Notes: generated from the letters alone by a model not told the origin. A stretch of DNA of 64,000 nucleotides from an uncultured Acidobacteriota bacterium (GCA_963822445.1 CAWGHO010000001.1:1088001-1152000); one strand, 5' to 3'. Shown: positions 49,501 to 57,584, numbered from the stretch's first letter. Numbers and translations: made by a program.

Positions 49501-50081
49501 TCAACGGCGACGTGATGTTCGAGGCCGACGAGACGTTCACCGTCACGCTCTCCAACGCCACGGCGACGACCACGATCAGCGACGCGACCGCAACCGGCAC
49601 GATCATCAACGACGACGGAGCCGTTGCCGATCTCACGCTGACCATGTCCAGCTCTCCGGCCAATCCCGCACCAGGCACCAACGTGACCTACACGCTGGTG
49701 GTGACGAACAACGGCCCGCAGCCGGCGACGGGCGTGGTCGTGACGGACGACCTGCCGGACGGCATGGCCTTCGTCTCCGCCAACACCACCCAGGGCACGT
49801 GCACGGGCACGGATCCCGTGCAGTGCAACGTCGGAATCCTCGGCGTCGGCCAGTCAGCGACGATCACGATCGTGGCGCAGCTCCCCTCCAACCCGGGCGG
49901 CGCTTACGTCAACACAGCCACCGCGGACGCCAACGAGAACGACACCACCGCGGCCGCCGCGACCGTAACGATCACCTTCCCCTCACACGGCGAGGCGCAC
50001 ATCCCGACGCTGTCGGAGTGGATGCTGATCATGCTGGCGCTGATGCTCGCCGCGCTGGCAGCCGCGAAGTTGAAGATGTAG
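43509..50081 (+). CDS. Large surface protein: lamin-tail domain, Calx-beta repeats, OB-fold + EEP nuclease, DUF11, IPTL-CTERM
   Basis: DEFVELHN, repeated TADGTATAGxDY/ETFxVxL, IHTIQG, GDFN, IDH, DHD and C-terminal IPTLSEW-TM-basic tail. Confidence 0.88.
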   Translation: MHRSASILRTLALFAVLAVASVAQAVSTTMVISQFQVAGGTAADEFVELHNVSGSPIDLNGYRVVYRSAAGVSDVAVINWTTTTTVPAGGYYLIVHATGYDNGVTVPGDITFPGGGTGTFAAAGGGFALRQGAANTGTIIDSVGYGTATNAFVESTVEPAPAANQSAARLNSGCTDTDNNANDFAVLNPAVPRNSGTTAFLCAPPLPSLTIDNVGVTEGNAGTVAAIFTVQLSAPAGPGGVTFDIATADGTATIADNDYVTKSLTGETIAAGNNSYSFTVDVNGDVAIENTETFFVNVTNVVGATVGDGQGQGTITNDDSPTLSIDDVSLNETDAGTTTFTFTVSLSQAAGAGGVTFDVATADGTATAGTDYVEITTTPMTITVGNTSAVVNVTVNGDTTFEPGETFLVNITNVTGATVNDGQGQGTIVNDDISVSINSVSKAEGNAGTTIYNFVVTFSEAPGARTVTFDIATADVTATAGTDYVANAATGVSLTGATTTYAFDVTANGDGTFEPTETFAVNVTNITGGSAPDGTTSTSGTGTITNDDAAPTFAIDDVKVIEGNAGTSLMTFTVTLASASTNPSSVDYLTSDISATVADSDYVTASGTLNFAAGDVSETFTVTINGDTNIEGDEDFLVTLSNPVGATIADSTGLGVIGIDDAFSIAAVNTPFTQNFDVLSADDTAGVRAATTPAAWTFDENGTGVNVTYRPSDGSSNTGNAGDTYSLGSTGSSDRAFGALASNAVQATLGGYFRNDTGETITTLSIAYTGEQWRLGTADAIADRLDFAYSTDATTLDSGTWTEVNSLDFTSPTATPAGPLDGNAVANRTPVGYTIAGLSLAPGATIWLRWVDPNISGNDDSLGIDDFSIIANIAGGVLTIDDVTLVEGDGVGTVNFVFTVSLTQPAGPGGVSFDITTADNTATAGSDYVTNTLTGQVIPEGQSTYQFTVVVNSDDTEEPSETFFVNVTNVGGATLSDGQGIGTIASDDFTFTRIHTIQGSGLQSPLNGSTVTVEGIVTGIKSGGSGGFFVQEQVADYDVDPLTSEGIFVFTGGSNPPSVVIGNLVAVTGTVSEFPSSANPHTVTELAGTVSVDLLSGVQQPLPAAVVLTTADGAPSSNLSQYEAYEGMRVSATLTVVAPTDGSIDENDATSSSNGVFYGVIAGNPRPFREPGIEQTYTIPPEAACAACIDRFDENPEKIRVDSDNQPGATQLNVVAGQTVSNLVGPLDYGFFEYTLLPEAETVPIVSGDSTADPVPTPLLTELTVAGFNLFHFFDNADDPDVSDVVLTVTAYNNRLNKASLAIRNILQTPDVIGVIEVDNVNTLQALATKINTDTAGVTNYFAYLEEGNDVGGIDVGFLVDLNRVTVQAVTQIGKDTTWINPHTGLQDSSELNDRPSLVLEASIVRPDLTQYEFVVIVNHLRSLIGIEEDSSGGRRVRAKRAAQAEFLASYVQGRQVADPTERIILVGDFNAFEVNDGFVDVMGTIKGSPAPATEVVEPTDDLVNPNLTNLIETLPADQRYTYVFDGNAQAIDHALVNAAMLPSVSQFVVAHLDADFPVIFYGDSARPERLADHDATVSYFDLTPLPQISIGDTSVTEGQSGTTVMTFTVTLSDPAATTVTVDYTTANGTATAGSDYTAESGTVTFVPGDQSETITIDVSGDLLLETDETLTVTLSNASVTAMINDGTATGTILNDDVPSGISIADNSVAEGNSGTTPLTFTVTLANPVPQTVTVDYTTSNGTATAGSDYVAESGTITFLANDQSETITIDVNGDLLLESDETFTITLSNPSPTATLTDGSATGTITNDDVASGIVIGDVSQAEGNAGTTAMTFTVTLANPVPEPVVLNYTTSNGTAIAGTDYVAESGTITFVANDQSETITIDINGDTDFEADETFTVTLSNAPPTTVINDGTATGTILNDDVPSGMFISDSSATETNAGTTTMTFTVSLANPVGSTVTVDYTTSDGTATAGSDYVAQSGTLTFVAGDQSEQIVITVNGDVMFEADETFTVTLSNATATTTISDATATGTIINDDGAVADLTLTMSSSPANPAPGTNVTYTLVVTNNGPQPATGVVVTDDLPDGMAFVSANTTQGTCTGTDPVQCNVGILGVGQSATITIVAQLPSNPGGAYVNTATADANENDTTAAAATVTITFPSHGEAHIPTLSEWMLIMLALMLAALAAAKLKM

Positions 50082-50085
50082 AACT

Positions 50086-50161
50086 GGTTGTCGGGTTGTC
50101 AGGTAGTCGGGTTGTCGGGTTTTCACCTGACAACCTGACAACCCTGACAACCCGGCAACCC
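50086..50161. repeat. Octamer tandem-repeat hairpin (GGTTGTCR)n
   Basis: Four direct and four inverted units between convergent genes. Confidence 0.85.
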
Positions 50162-51526
50162 CTACTCCGGCCGCACGATCCCCAGCGCGGTCATCTTCTC
50201 GTGCAGGTAGGTCCGCTGGATGTCCAGCAGTTGCGCGGCCTTGCTCACGTTCCAGTTCGTGCGGCGCAGCACGGCCTCGATGTACTCCTTCTCGCACTGC
50301 GCCTTGAAATCGCGCAGGGCCATCACCGAGGCGGTGTCCGAGACGCGGACGATGCCGTGCTCGGCGAGTCCCTGGCCGGTGATGATGGCCGTCGGAAGCT
50401 GCTCGACGGTCAGCGGATCGATCCCGAATACCGATAACCGTTCGGCCAGATTGCGCAGCTCGCGCACGTTGCCCGGCCATTCGTACGCGCTCAGCGCGTC
50501 GTAAACCTCGCGCTCGACCGACAGCGGCACGCGCTGGTTCTTCGCGCAGAACTGCTGCAGGAACGTGGTGAAGAGCAGCGGTACATCCTCGCGGCGCTCG
50601 CGCAGCGGCGGAACGTCGATCGGTACCGGGGACAGACGGAAGAAGAGGTCGTCGCGAAACTTCCCTTCCTTCGCGAGCGATTGGAGATCGCGATGCGTCG
50701 CCGCAATCACGCGCACGTTGACCGCGCGATCCTGCGTCTCGCCGATCCGCCGCGACCGCCCATCCTCGAGCACGCGCAGCAATCGCGATTGAAGAGCCGG
50801 TTCCATGTCGCCGATCTCGTCGAGAAACAGCGTCCCGCCGTCGGCCTCCTCGAACAAGCCGCGCTTGGCCGTTTTCGCATCGGTGAACGCGCCGCGGGCA
50901 TGGCCGAACAGCTCATCCTCGATCAGATGCGAGGGAATGGCCGCGCAATTGAGCTTGATGAACGGCTTCGACGATCGCCGCGACAATCGATGCAGCGCGT
51001 TGGCGACGAGCTCTTTCCCCGTCCCGCTCTCCCCCCGAATCAGCACGCGCGCCTCGGTCGGCGCGACTTTCTCGATCGCCGCGCGCAAGGCCTGCATCGA
51101 CTCGGCATTGCCAACCAGCTGCTGATCGCGCGACCGCAGCTCGCCCACCTGCCGCCGCAGTGCCGAAGCTTCGAGGCAGTTGCGAACGGACTTCATCAGC
51201 CTCTCGCGGCTGAAGGGCTTGTCGATGAAGTCGTGGACGCCGAGGCGGATCGCTTCGACGGTCTCGGCCATCGAGGCCTCGCCGGAGATCACGATCGCCG
51301 GCGGCATGGCGTCGCCCATCACCCGCACCAGGTCGATGCCGCTCATGCCCGGCAACCGGACGTCGACCATGGCCATGTCCGGCTGCACCTGCCGCGCGTC
51401 GCGCAGATACGCGAGCGCATCCTCGGCCGCACGAAATCCGACGACGCCGTAGCCTTCCTCGCGGAGGCGGAGCGTCGTGTTCGCGGCGATCTTTTCGTCG
51501 TCTTCGACCAGGAGGATCAGCTGCAC
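50162..51526 (-). CDS. NtrC/NtrX-type sigma-54 response regulator
   Basis: REC, GESGTGKE, GAFTDA, LFLDEIGD, WPGNVREL and a Fis-type HTH. Confidence 0.93.
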   Translation of the reverse strand: MQLILLVEDDEKIAANTTLRLREEGYGVVGFRAAEDALAYLRDARQVQPDMAMVDVRLPGMSGIDLVRVMGDAMPPAIVISGEASMAETVEAIRLGVHDFIDKPFSRERLMKSVRNCLEASALRRQVGELRSRDQQLVGNAESMQALRAAIEKVAPTEARVLIRGESGTGKELVANALHRLSRRSSKPFIKLNCAAIPSHLIEDELFGHARGAFTDAKTAKRGLFEEADGGTLFLDEIGDMEPALQSRLLRVLEDGRSRRIGETQDRAVNVRVIAATHRDLQSLAKEGKFRDDLFFRLSPVPIDVPPLRERREDVPLLFTTFLQQFCAKNQRVPLSVEREVYDALSAYEWPGNVRELRNLAERLSVFGIDPLTVEQLPTAIITGQGLAEHGIVRVSDTASVMALRDFKAQCEKEYIEAVLRRTNWNVSKAAQLLDIQRTYLHEKMTALGIVRPE

Positions 51527-51540
51527 GGCGTATCTCCGAA

Positions 51541-51644
51541 GGCCGGCGGGGACGCCGGCGCAACAGCCGGCGGGACGCCGGCGCTCCGAAAGGCGCTGGA
51601 GCGCCGGCGTCCTCGCCGGCTGGTCCGCCGGCGTCCCGCCGGCC
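51541..51644. repeat. GC-rich REP-like palindrome, copy 2
   Basis: GGCGGGACGCCGGCGCTCC / GGAGCGCCGGCGTCC arms, as at 21261. Confidence 0.75.
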
Positions 51645-52688
51645 TCAGCATGCGCTGTCTCCAAACACCAGCCGGAACGCCGTCCCGTTTTCCGTGCTCT
51701 CGACGAGCACCAGATCGCCGCCGTGATCGAGCATCACTTTGCGGGAGATCGACAATCCAAGTCCCATTCCCTCTCCGATCTTGCGCGTGGTCACGTACGG
51801 ATCGAACACGCGGCCGCGCAGCGATCGCGGAATGCCGCCGCCGTCATCGAGCACTTCCAGCGTGACCCGCGCGCCGCGCACGATCGCGAATGCGACGCGA
51901 CGCGCACCGGCCTTCGCGCTGTTCGTGCAGAGATTCACCAGCACCTGGCGAATCATGTCCCGATCGGCGCAGACGACGCCGTCGCTTCCGCCGTCGTAAA
52001 GCTCGACACCGGGCCACGCGCCGGCGAACGTCGCGCAGAACTCCTCGACCAGCTGGCCGAGGGACTCGCGGCGCAGAACCGGTTTCGCGAGACCGGCAAA
52101 CGACGAGAACTCCCGCGTGAACCGCGCCAGCCGCTCCAACTCCTCGGACACACTCTCCTGCGCGTGCATCAACTCCTCACCGCCGACGCCGCTACGGGCG
52201 AGATCGGCGAAGCGATCGAGCTCGAGGCGCGCCGCGGTCAGCGGCCCCTTGATCTCGTGCGCGTGTCGCCGCGCGCTTTCCTGCAGTGCGCTCACGCGAT
52301 CGAGATACTCGCGGCGCGCGCGTTCCTGCGAGCGGCGATAACGGACCCAGACGATCGCGCCGGCCAGCACCCCGGTCACCGCGAAGACGGCGATCAGCGC
52401 GAGCTCGAAGCGCTGCAGCATGGCCTCACGATTCATCCGGATCACTTCGATGCGATGGAGCAGGGTCTGCGTCGATTCGAAACGGCGGCGATACTCGTCG
52501 GCGCGCTCCGGATCGAGACGGCGAAGCTTCTTCTGATCCTCCATTGACTGCGTCAGCGCGTCGCGCACTTCCGGGCGCAGGGCCACGTCGAGCCAGACGC
52601 TGGAGATCTGATGCAGCACCAGCCAGAACATCGCCGTCATCGCGGCGATCGTCACCAGGAGAAGCAGCGCCGAACGGCCGCGTGTCAC
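51645..52688 (-). CDS. Sensor histidine kinase
   Basis: Two TM helices, AHEIKGPL H-box and N/G1/F/G2 boxes. Confidence 0.9.
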   Translation of the reverse strand: MTRGRSALLLLVTIAAMTAMFWLVLHQISSVWLDVALRPEVRDALTQSMEDQKKLRRLDPERADEYRRRFESTQTLLHRIEVIRMNREAMLQRFELALIAVFAVTGVLAGAIVWVRYRRSQERARREYLDRVSALQESARRHAHEIKGPLTAARLELDRFADLARSGVGGEELMHAQESVSEELERLARFTREFSSFAGLAKPVLRRESLGQLVEEFCATFAGAWPGVELYDGGSDGVVCADRDMIRQVLVNLCTNSAKAGARRVAFAIVRGARVTLEVLDDGGGIPRSLRGRVFDPYVTTRKIGEGMGLGLSISRKVMLDHGGDLVLVESTENGTAFRLVFGDSAC

Positions 52689-53257
52689 CTGGCTTCCACC
52701 CTCACGTCCCAGCGCCAGCGGATGATCGGCTTCGCGCTGAGCGTCGTCCCGATCAACACGTCGACCAGCCCCTCTCCGGACGGCCGCGCCGCGCCGCCGC
52801 CCTTGGCAATCCATTGCCGAGCATCCTCCTCCTCGGACGCCGAGAACGGCAGGACGCTGAGATCGACCTGCAGCGGCATGGTTGCCGCGGCATTGGCGAA
52901 GATGCGCACCGGCACACGCCACCATTTCTCCAGCGCGTCGATCGACGTCAGCTTCTGGCGATCCTCGCGGCGGTCGAACTCGACCTTCCGCACGTGCCAG
53001 ACCTCGTCCCAGAGGTCATAGCGGATCTCGATGCGCGCGCCGGTGATGCGCTCGCGCTGCCGCGCGGCGACGACGAAGGTCGTGGTGAGCCCGGTGGCGA
53101 GCTGCTTTCTGACGGTCGGTGACTTCAAGACAGACACGGGCAGTGTCGCGGCCACAACGCCGCCAGCCTGCACGGAAAACGAGGGCGGTTGCTGGGCGCG
53201 CACGGCAAGCACCGCCAGAAAGAGAAACGAGGCGACGAGGACGCCCCGGCTCACCAT
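52685..53257 (-). CDS. Secreted protein, DUF4390-like
   Basis: Signal peptide and IRYDLWDEVW motif, directly upstream of an NtrY/NtrX-like pair. Family call is tentative. Confidence 0.55.
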   Translation of the reverse strand: MVSRGVLVASFLFLAVLAVRAQQPPSFSVQAGGVVAATLPVSVLKSPTVRKQLATGLTTTFVVAARQRERITGARIEIRYDLWDEVWHVRKVEFDRREDRQKLTSIDALEKWWRVPVRIFANAAATMPLQVDLSVLPFSASEEEDARQWIAKGGGAARPSGEGLVDVLIGTTLSAKPIIRWRWDVRVEAR

Positions 53258-54528
53258 GCGTAACCCACTCCGAGGCGGACGTTCCCCCAGGAGCTCTGCC
53301 GCAGCCAGCTGATCGACGTCCGCAAGGACTGATCGCTCTCGCTGAGGATCTGGTAATCCTCCCGATACTCCTGGCGGCCGCGCACGCGCAGCTCCAGCTC
53401 GATGCGCGAGTCCCCTCCCTGCGCGCGCCGCTCCGGAGTCCACAGGCTCCGCGAAATGGTCGCCTGTCCGCCGGCGAACGCCGCGCTGCGCGTTTCATCG
53501 AGGAGGAAATCGTCCTTCGTACGCTGGTCGAATTGCGCGACGCCGACTTCCAGCCCTCCCGATACCGAGGTGCGGTCGGAGAGCTCGAAATACTGGACGG
53601 CCGTGGCCTGAATGCCGAAGGTCGTCCTGTGAATCGGGTTGACGTCGACCGCCACTCCGCCTGCGCCGTCCGCCCTGAGCACCACCGAGATGTCGTCGCG
53701 CCAGGAGACCACCGGCGCGATCGACAGCAGCGTCCCGTTCGTCGGGAAAAAGGGATGGTTGGTCGTGTTGTACGACCAGGTTGCGCGCGCCATGCGCTGC
53801 GTCCGGTTCTCATCCACCCGCCTGCCCGAGAAGGTGTAGTCGTACTCGGTCACGTTTTCGTCGTACTCGGCGGTGACGGTCTGATTGAGGGACAAGGGCA
53901 TGCCCACGACGACCTGCGGGCTGATGCTGTCGCCGTTCGCGTTGTGTTTGATGTTCACCGTCGCGAAGCCGCGCGTTCCGAAGAGGTCGTACTGCGTGTA
54001 CCCGACAGCGAACGCCGAGTAGCCGGACGTGAACTCGGTGGACTCGCGACCGATGAGCGCGACATGCAGCGCGCCGCGGCGGCCGACGAACCAGCGGTAA
54101 CCGAGGGCCACGGCGGTGTCGTCGGAGCCGAGCTGGGTGGAGGTCGTGTAGACGCGGACGTGGTCCTCGCCGCTGTAGATCGGGACGAATTCCAGCCGGA
54201 AGAAGAACGACCGCGTCTCGATGATGTTGATGATCAGCAGATAGCGGCCGCGCTCACTCCCCCGCTCCAGGGCAAAGTCTGCGGCCAGGAGGAACGGCAG
54301 CCGGGCGAGGCGGGTCGAGGCGTCGCGCAGGTCCGACTCCGAATACTCGCCCCCTTCGCGCAACCGCGATTCCGCGATCACGACTTCCGGCGAGACCCGC
54401 TTGTGATTGCGTACTTCGATGCGCTCGATGAAGAAACGCGGCGAACCGGTGGTGTCCTGGGCGAGGCTTCCCGGCGCGGCGATGACCGCCGCGGCGAGGA
54501 CGATGCTGGTGAGAAGAGCTCGGATCAA
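53251..54528 (-). CDS. POTRA + beta-barrel (Omp85/BamA-TamA-like) outer membrane protein
   Basis: IERIEVRNHKRV...LARLPF POTRA, GxxxTQYDLFG, TTNHPFFPTNG and a C-terminal LGVGYAW beta-signal. Confidence 0.7.
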   Translation of the reverse strand: MIRALLTSIVLAAAVIAAPGSLAQDTTGSPRFFIERIEVRNHKRVSPEVVIAESRLREGGEYSESDLRDASTRLARLPFLLAADFALERGSERGRYLLIINIIETRSFFFRLEFVPIYSGEDHVRVYTTSTQLGSDDTAVALGYRWFVGRRGALHVALIGRESTEFTSGYSAFAVGYTQYDLFGTRGFATVNIKHNANGDSISPQVVVGMPLSLNQTVTAEYDENVTEYDYTFSGRRVDENRTQRMARATWSYNTTNHPFFPTNGTLLSIAPVVSWRDDISVVLRADGAGGVAVDVNPIHRTTFGIQATAVQYFELSDRTSVSGGLEVGVAQFDQRTKDDFLLDETRSAAFAGGQATISRSLWTPERRAQGGDSRIELELRVRGRQEYREDYQILSESDQSLRTSISWLRQSSWGNVRLGVGYAW

Positions 54529-54545
54529 TGTGGGGCCCCCTTGTT

Positions 54546-54622
54546 GGTAGGCGGTACGCGGCAGGCGGTAGGCGGGAAATCCTCGTTCCCCCGCCTACCG
54601 CCCACTGCCTACCGCCTACTGC
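54546..54622. repeat. Heptamer tandem-repeat hairpin (GGTAGGC)n
   Basis: Four direct units and four inverted CGCCTAC-type units. Confidence 0.82.
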
Positions 54623-54774
54623 TCCAAGGGCGAGGTCAATGCCACGAATTCAAGCCGGCCGCCGGCCCGCGGTTTCGATGCAACCGGTTCCAACTACGGG
54701 ACTTGGGACGCGCGGCCGCAACCCGCGCGTTTCGGGGAGTGTATGGGAAACCTGACGTGAGTGTAGGGAGAAGC

Positions 54775-54804
54775 AGTCGTTCGTCGTTAGTGGTTAGTCG
54801 CTAG
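54775..54804. repeat. Left arm of the AGTSGTT heptamer array
   Basis: AGTCGTT CGTCGTT AGTGGTT AGTCGCT. Confidence 0.7.
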
Positions 54805-54830
54805 CCAGGGTGTCAACGACCGTGTGATCG

Positions 54831-55838
54831 GTGGCGATATCATCATCGATCGTGCGGACGGCACGGATCAGAGTGCTCATCTTTGTCGCAAGCCTTGCAG
54901 CTGCGCCGCAGTTGGTGGCGTACCAGGCAGGTGTGACACTTTTCGAGGTCAAGGATCCGGTCTCCGACCGACTGGCTCCTGCTCTCGCTGTTTACCCGAC
55001 CAGCGACGAAGCTGCCGAGACTGCGTTCGGTGAGTATCGAGTCGCTGCGCGCCTGCAAGCCGCGGCCGTGACAGGCAAGTTCCCTCTGATCGTTCTCTCG
55101 CACGGCCATGGAGGCTCTCGATTTGCGCACCATGCACTTGCCGTGGCTCTGGCGCGTGCCGGCTTTATCGTCGCCGCCGGTGACCACTTGGGCGACAACG
55201 TGCACGAAGCAGCCGAGCAACTGAGTGCATCCGTACTGATCAGCCGGCCCCGGCAGATATCGGCGTTGATCGATGCTGTATTGAGTCACCGCATTCTGGC
55301 ATCGCGCGTCGATCAGTCGCGGATTGGCGTGATCGGGTTTTCTGCTGGCGGGTTCACCGCCCTCGCACTGGTCGGTGCTGTTCCGAAACTTGGTCTCTGG
55401 AAGGAGTACTGCCGGGAGCCGAAACACGGCGCTGCCCTTTGCCCGCCTCCGGGGGACATCGACCACGTTGACGCGGGAACGTCGCTTCAGGACAAGAGGG
55501 TTCGTGCGGCATATCTTCTGGCGCCGTTCGCGATTGTTTTCGATCGTGATGGACTGAAGGCTGTGACCGCGCCGGTCCGAATCGTCGCCGGTGCGCGAGA
55601 TCCGCTACTGACGGCTGCAGACAATGCTTGGCTGTTGCACAAGCACCTGCCGCGAAGGTCGAGACCGTGGATCGTCGATCAGGCCGCGCACTTCACATTC
55701 CTTTCGCCGTGCAGTGCGTCCCTGAGAGCGATCGTGCCGAATATCTGTGAGGACGCTGCTGGCGTCGATCGGGAAGCCATCCACAAGCGCATCCATTCTG
55801 ATGCTGTGCAGTTCTTTCGGCGACACGTACGTCACTAA
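54831..55838 (+). CDS. Secreted alpha/beta hydrolase (dienelactone hydrolase-like)
   Basis: LSHGHGG, GFSAGG nucleophile elbow and AAHFTF. More A/T-ending codons than neighbouring genes. Confidence 0.85.
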   Translation: MAISSSIVRTARIRVLIFVASLAAAPQLVAYQAGVTLFEVKDPVSDRLAPALAVYPTSDEAAETAFGEYRVAARLQAAAVTGKFPLIVLSHGHGGSRFAHHALAVALARAGFIVAAGDHLGDNVHEAAEQLSASVLISRPRQISALIDAVLSHRILASRVDQSRIGVIGFSAGGFTALALVGAVPKLGLWKEYCREPKHGAALCPPPGDIDHVDAGTSLQDKRVRAAYLLAPFAIVFDRDGLKAVTAPVRIVAGARDPLLTAADNAWLLHKHLPRRSRPWIVDQAAHFTFLSPCSASLRAIVPNICEDAAGVDREAIHKRIHSDAVQFFRRHVRH

Positions 55839-55857
55839 CGACTAACCACTAACCACT
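55834..55857. repeat. Right (inverted) arm of the AGTSGTT heptamer array
   Basis: ACTAACG ACTAACC ACTAACC ACT. Confidence 0.7.
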
Positions 55858-56203
55858 GGTCATCAAAGACGAGCGCGAAGTTCTTCACCACCCCGCGCGA
55901 CGGGATGCGAACGGTGACGAACGCCTCCTCGTCATCGCGGCTCACCGTCTCGGCTTCGACGTTCTCACCCTCACCGAGCTCCTGCTGCATGGCCTCCAGC
56001 TCTGCGTCGGAAAGCGACTCCGGGTTCTCGAGGTACTCCCGCGCCGGCTCCCACCGTTTGGCCATGACCGCGCGGGTGAATTGCTCGGCTACGGCATCGG
56101 GCGGGGAGACGAGGGTCTCGCGGTCGTCGAGCTTTTCCACGGCCACGAACGACACGCCGGCGAGAAGCGCGAACATCACCAGACCGCTCAGCAGCTCTCT
56201 CAC
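55835..56203 (-). CDS. Hypothetical membrane-anchored protein
   Basis: GTGA overlap with the upstream gene and an N-terminal TM. Confidence 0.6.
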   Translation of the reverse strand: MRELLSGLVMFALLAGVSFVAVEKLDDRETLVSPPDAVAEQFTRAVMAKRWEPAREYLENPESLSDAELEAMQQELGEGENVEAETVSRDDEEAFVTVRIPSRGVVKNFALVFDDQWLVVSR

Positions 56204-56709
56204 GTCTTCATCAGCTCCATGGCCCGCACGGCATCCTGTTTCGTCGCCGGCTCGGCGCCGGGCGTGAGGATGAGCGAGGTCTCGTGATCGCGCTCGAGCA
56301 CGGCCATGCGCGCGTCCTTCCATTTGTCGCGATCGAGACCGTCGAGGCGCAGGAGATGCTCGAGATCGAGCTCGTTGAGTTGTTCCTTGCGCAGCTCGTT
56401 CCTGTCTTCGACGCCTTCGCGGAGGACTACGCGCGGTCGGCCGTTCACGACGTGCAGGAATCGCGGCGAGTGGAACGACAGCAGCTTGACCACCGCATCG
56501 CAGAAGAAAATCGAAGACGCCGCCGCCCCGAACTTCGCCACCGAAACCTCGGCCCAGATGCAGTCGTCGATCAGATCGCCGACGATCAGCGAGACCACAA
56601 AGTCGAACGGCGTGGCCTGGCTGATCACGCGCTTGCCGCTGGCGCGCGTCGTCACGGCCAGGTAGATGTAGGCGGCCAGCGCCCGGACAGCAATGCGCCA
56701 GAGATCCAT
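56200..56709 (-). CDS. DUF421 (YetF) domain protein
   Basis: GKRxISQ...FDFVV...GRPRVVLREG...LRLDG...VLE. Confidence 0.85.
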   Translation of the reverse strand: MDLWRIAVRALAAYIYLAVTTRASGKRVISQATPFDFVVSLIVGDLIDDCIWAEVSVAKFGAAASSIFFCDAVVKLLSFHSPRFLHVVNGRPRVVLREGVEDRNELRKEQLNELDLEHLLRLDGLDRDKWKDARMAVLERDHETSLILTPGAEPATKQDAVRAMELMKT

Positions 56710-57269
56710 CAGGTCGCGTGCCCCAGCGCCTGCGGCGTGTCGGTTCGCTTCTCTTCCGGTGAGATCTTCGAGGCTTCGTCGCCGTGCAGATCGCGCTTCT
56801 GCAGCGGCTCGGCCCAGTCCTGCCTGATCACGCTGACGATGCCGTCGACTTCCATCACCGCCCGCCTGACCTCGCGCATGTCCGAGATGCCCTGGAGGCG
56901 GAGGGAGGCCATTACTTCCTCTTCGTTCATCAGCTCTTTGCGCATCCCGTCGCGCACGAATTCACCGTCGCGCACGACCTCGCTGGGCGTTCCTTCGAAG
57001 AGCTTGTTCAGGCCGTGATTGAGATAGGAGAGCCAGGCGGTGACGTACTTCGCGGCCGCGACGACGACGATGGCGACGAAGCCCTGCGCGAGCGTGACGT
57101 CGCCGTAAATGATCTCGTCGACGACCTCACCGAGCATCAACGCCACGAGCAGGTCGAAGGCTGTGAAATTGCCAACGGTCCGCTTGCCGAGGATGCGGAT
57201 GATGACCAGCATCGCGACATACACCAGCAGACCGCGGGCGGCGGTCATCCCCAGTTCTTGCCAGTCCAT
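56709..57269 (-). CDS. DUF421 (YetF) domain protein
   Basis: GKRTVG...FDLLV...EGTPSEVVRDG...LRLQG...EVDGxVSV. Confidence 0.88.
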   Translation of the reverse strand: MDWQELGMTAARGLLVYVAMLVIIRILGKRTVGNFTAFDLLVALMLGEVVDEIIYGDVTLAQGFVAIVVVAAAKYVTAWLSYLNHGLNKLFEGTPSEVVRDGEFVRDGMRKELMNEEEVMASLRLQGISDMREVRRAVMEVDGIVSVIRQDWAEPLQKRDLHGDEASKISPEEKRTDTPQALGHAT

Positions 57270-57300
57270 GGGAGGGCGGTGGAGCAAGCGGCGGTCCACC

Positions 57301-57388
57301 GTTACGGGGTTGCGGCGTTACGGGGTTACGAGGGGGAACCGGCAGCATTTAATACCCCCGAAACCTCGTAACCCCGCAACCCCGAAAC
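57301..57388. repeat. Octamer tandem-repeat hairpin (GGTTNCGR)n
   Basis: Same family as 15373, located between divergent genes. Confidence 0.82.
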
Positions 57389-57393
57389 TTCCA

Positions 57394-57409
57394 CGGCACG
57401 CCCCCTGCA
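57394..57409 (+). promoter_or_regulatory. Putative sigma-54 -24/-12 promoter
   Basis: CGGCACGCCCCCTGCA (GG-N10-GC), 13 nt before the ATG at 57423. Confidence 0.45.
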
Positions 57410-57422
57410 CAGTCCGCCAGTC

Positions 57423-57578
57423 ATGGGCAATTTACTTTGGATCATCATCATCATCCTCATCATCCTGTGGCTCGGTGGCGTGTCGATGTCGGTCGGCGGA
57501 AATCTCATCCACATCCTGATTGTGGTTGCGTTGATCCTGCTGATCTACCGGTTGGCGACGGGCCGCAAAGTTCTCTGA
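57423..57578 (+). CDS. lmo0937-family small membrane protein (51 aa)
   Basis: MGNLLWIIIIILIILWLGG...GNLIHILIVVALILLIYRLATGRK. Below the ORF-track cutoff. Confidence 0.85.
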   Translation: MGNLLWIIIIILIILWLGGVSMSVGGNLIHILIVVALILLIYRLATGRKVL

Positions 57579-57584
57579 CGCGCG

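Noticed and set aside
48250-49620. DNA-level direct repeats as a DGR template/variable repeat or an assembly duplication
   Set aside because: They are in-frame Calx-beta domain repeats with ordinary divergence, and no reverse transcriptase is nearby.
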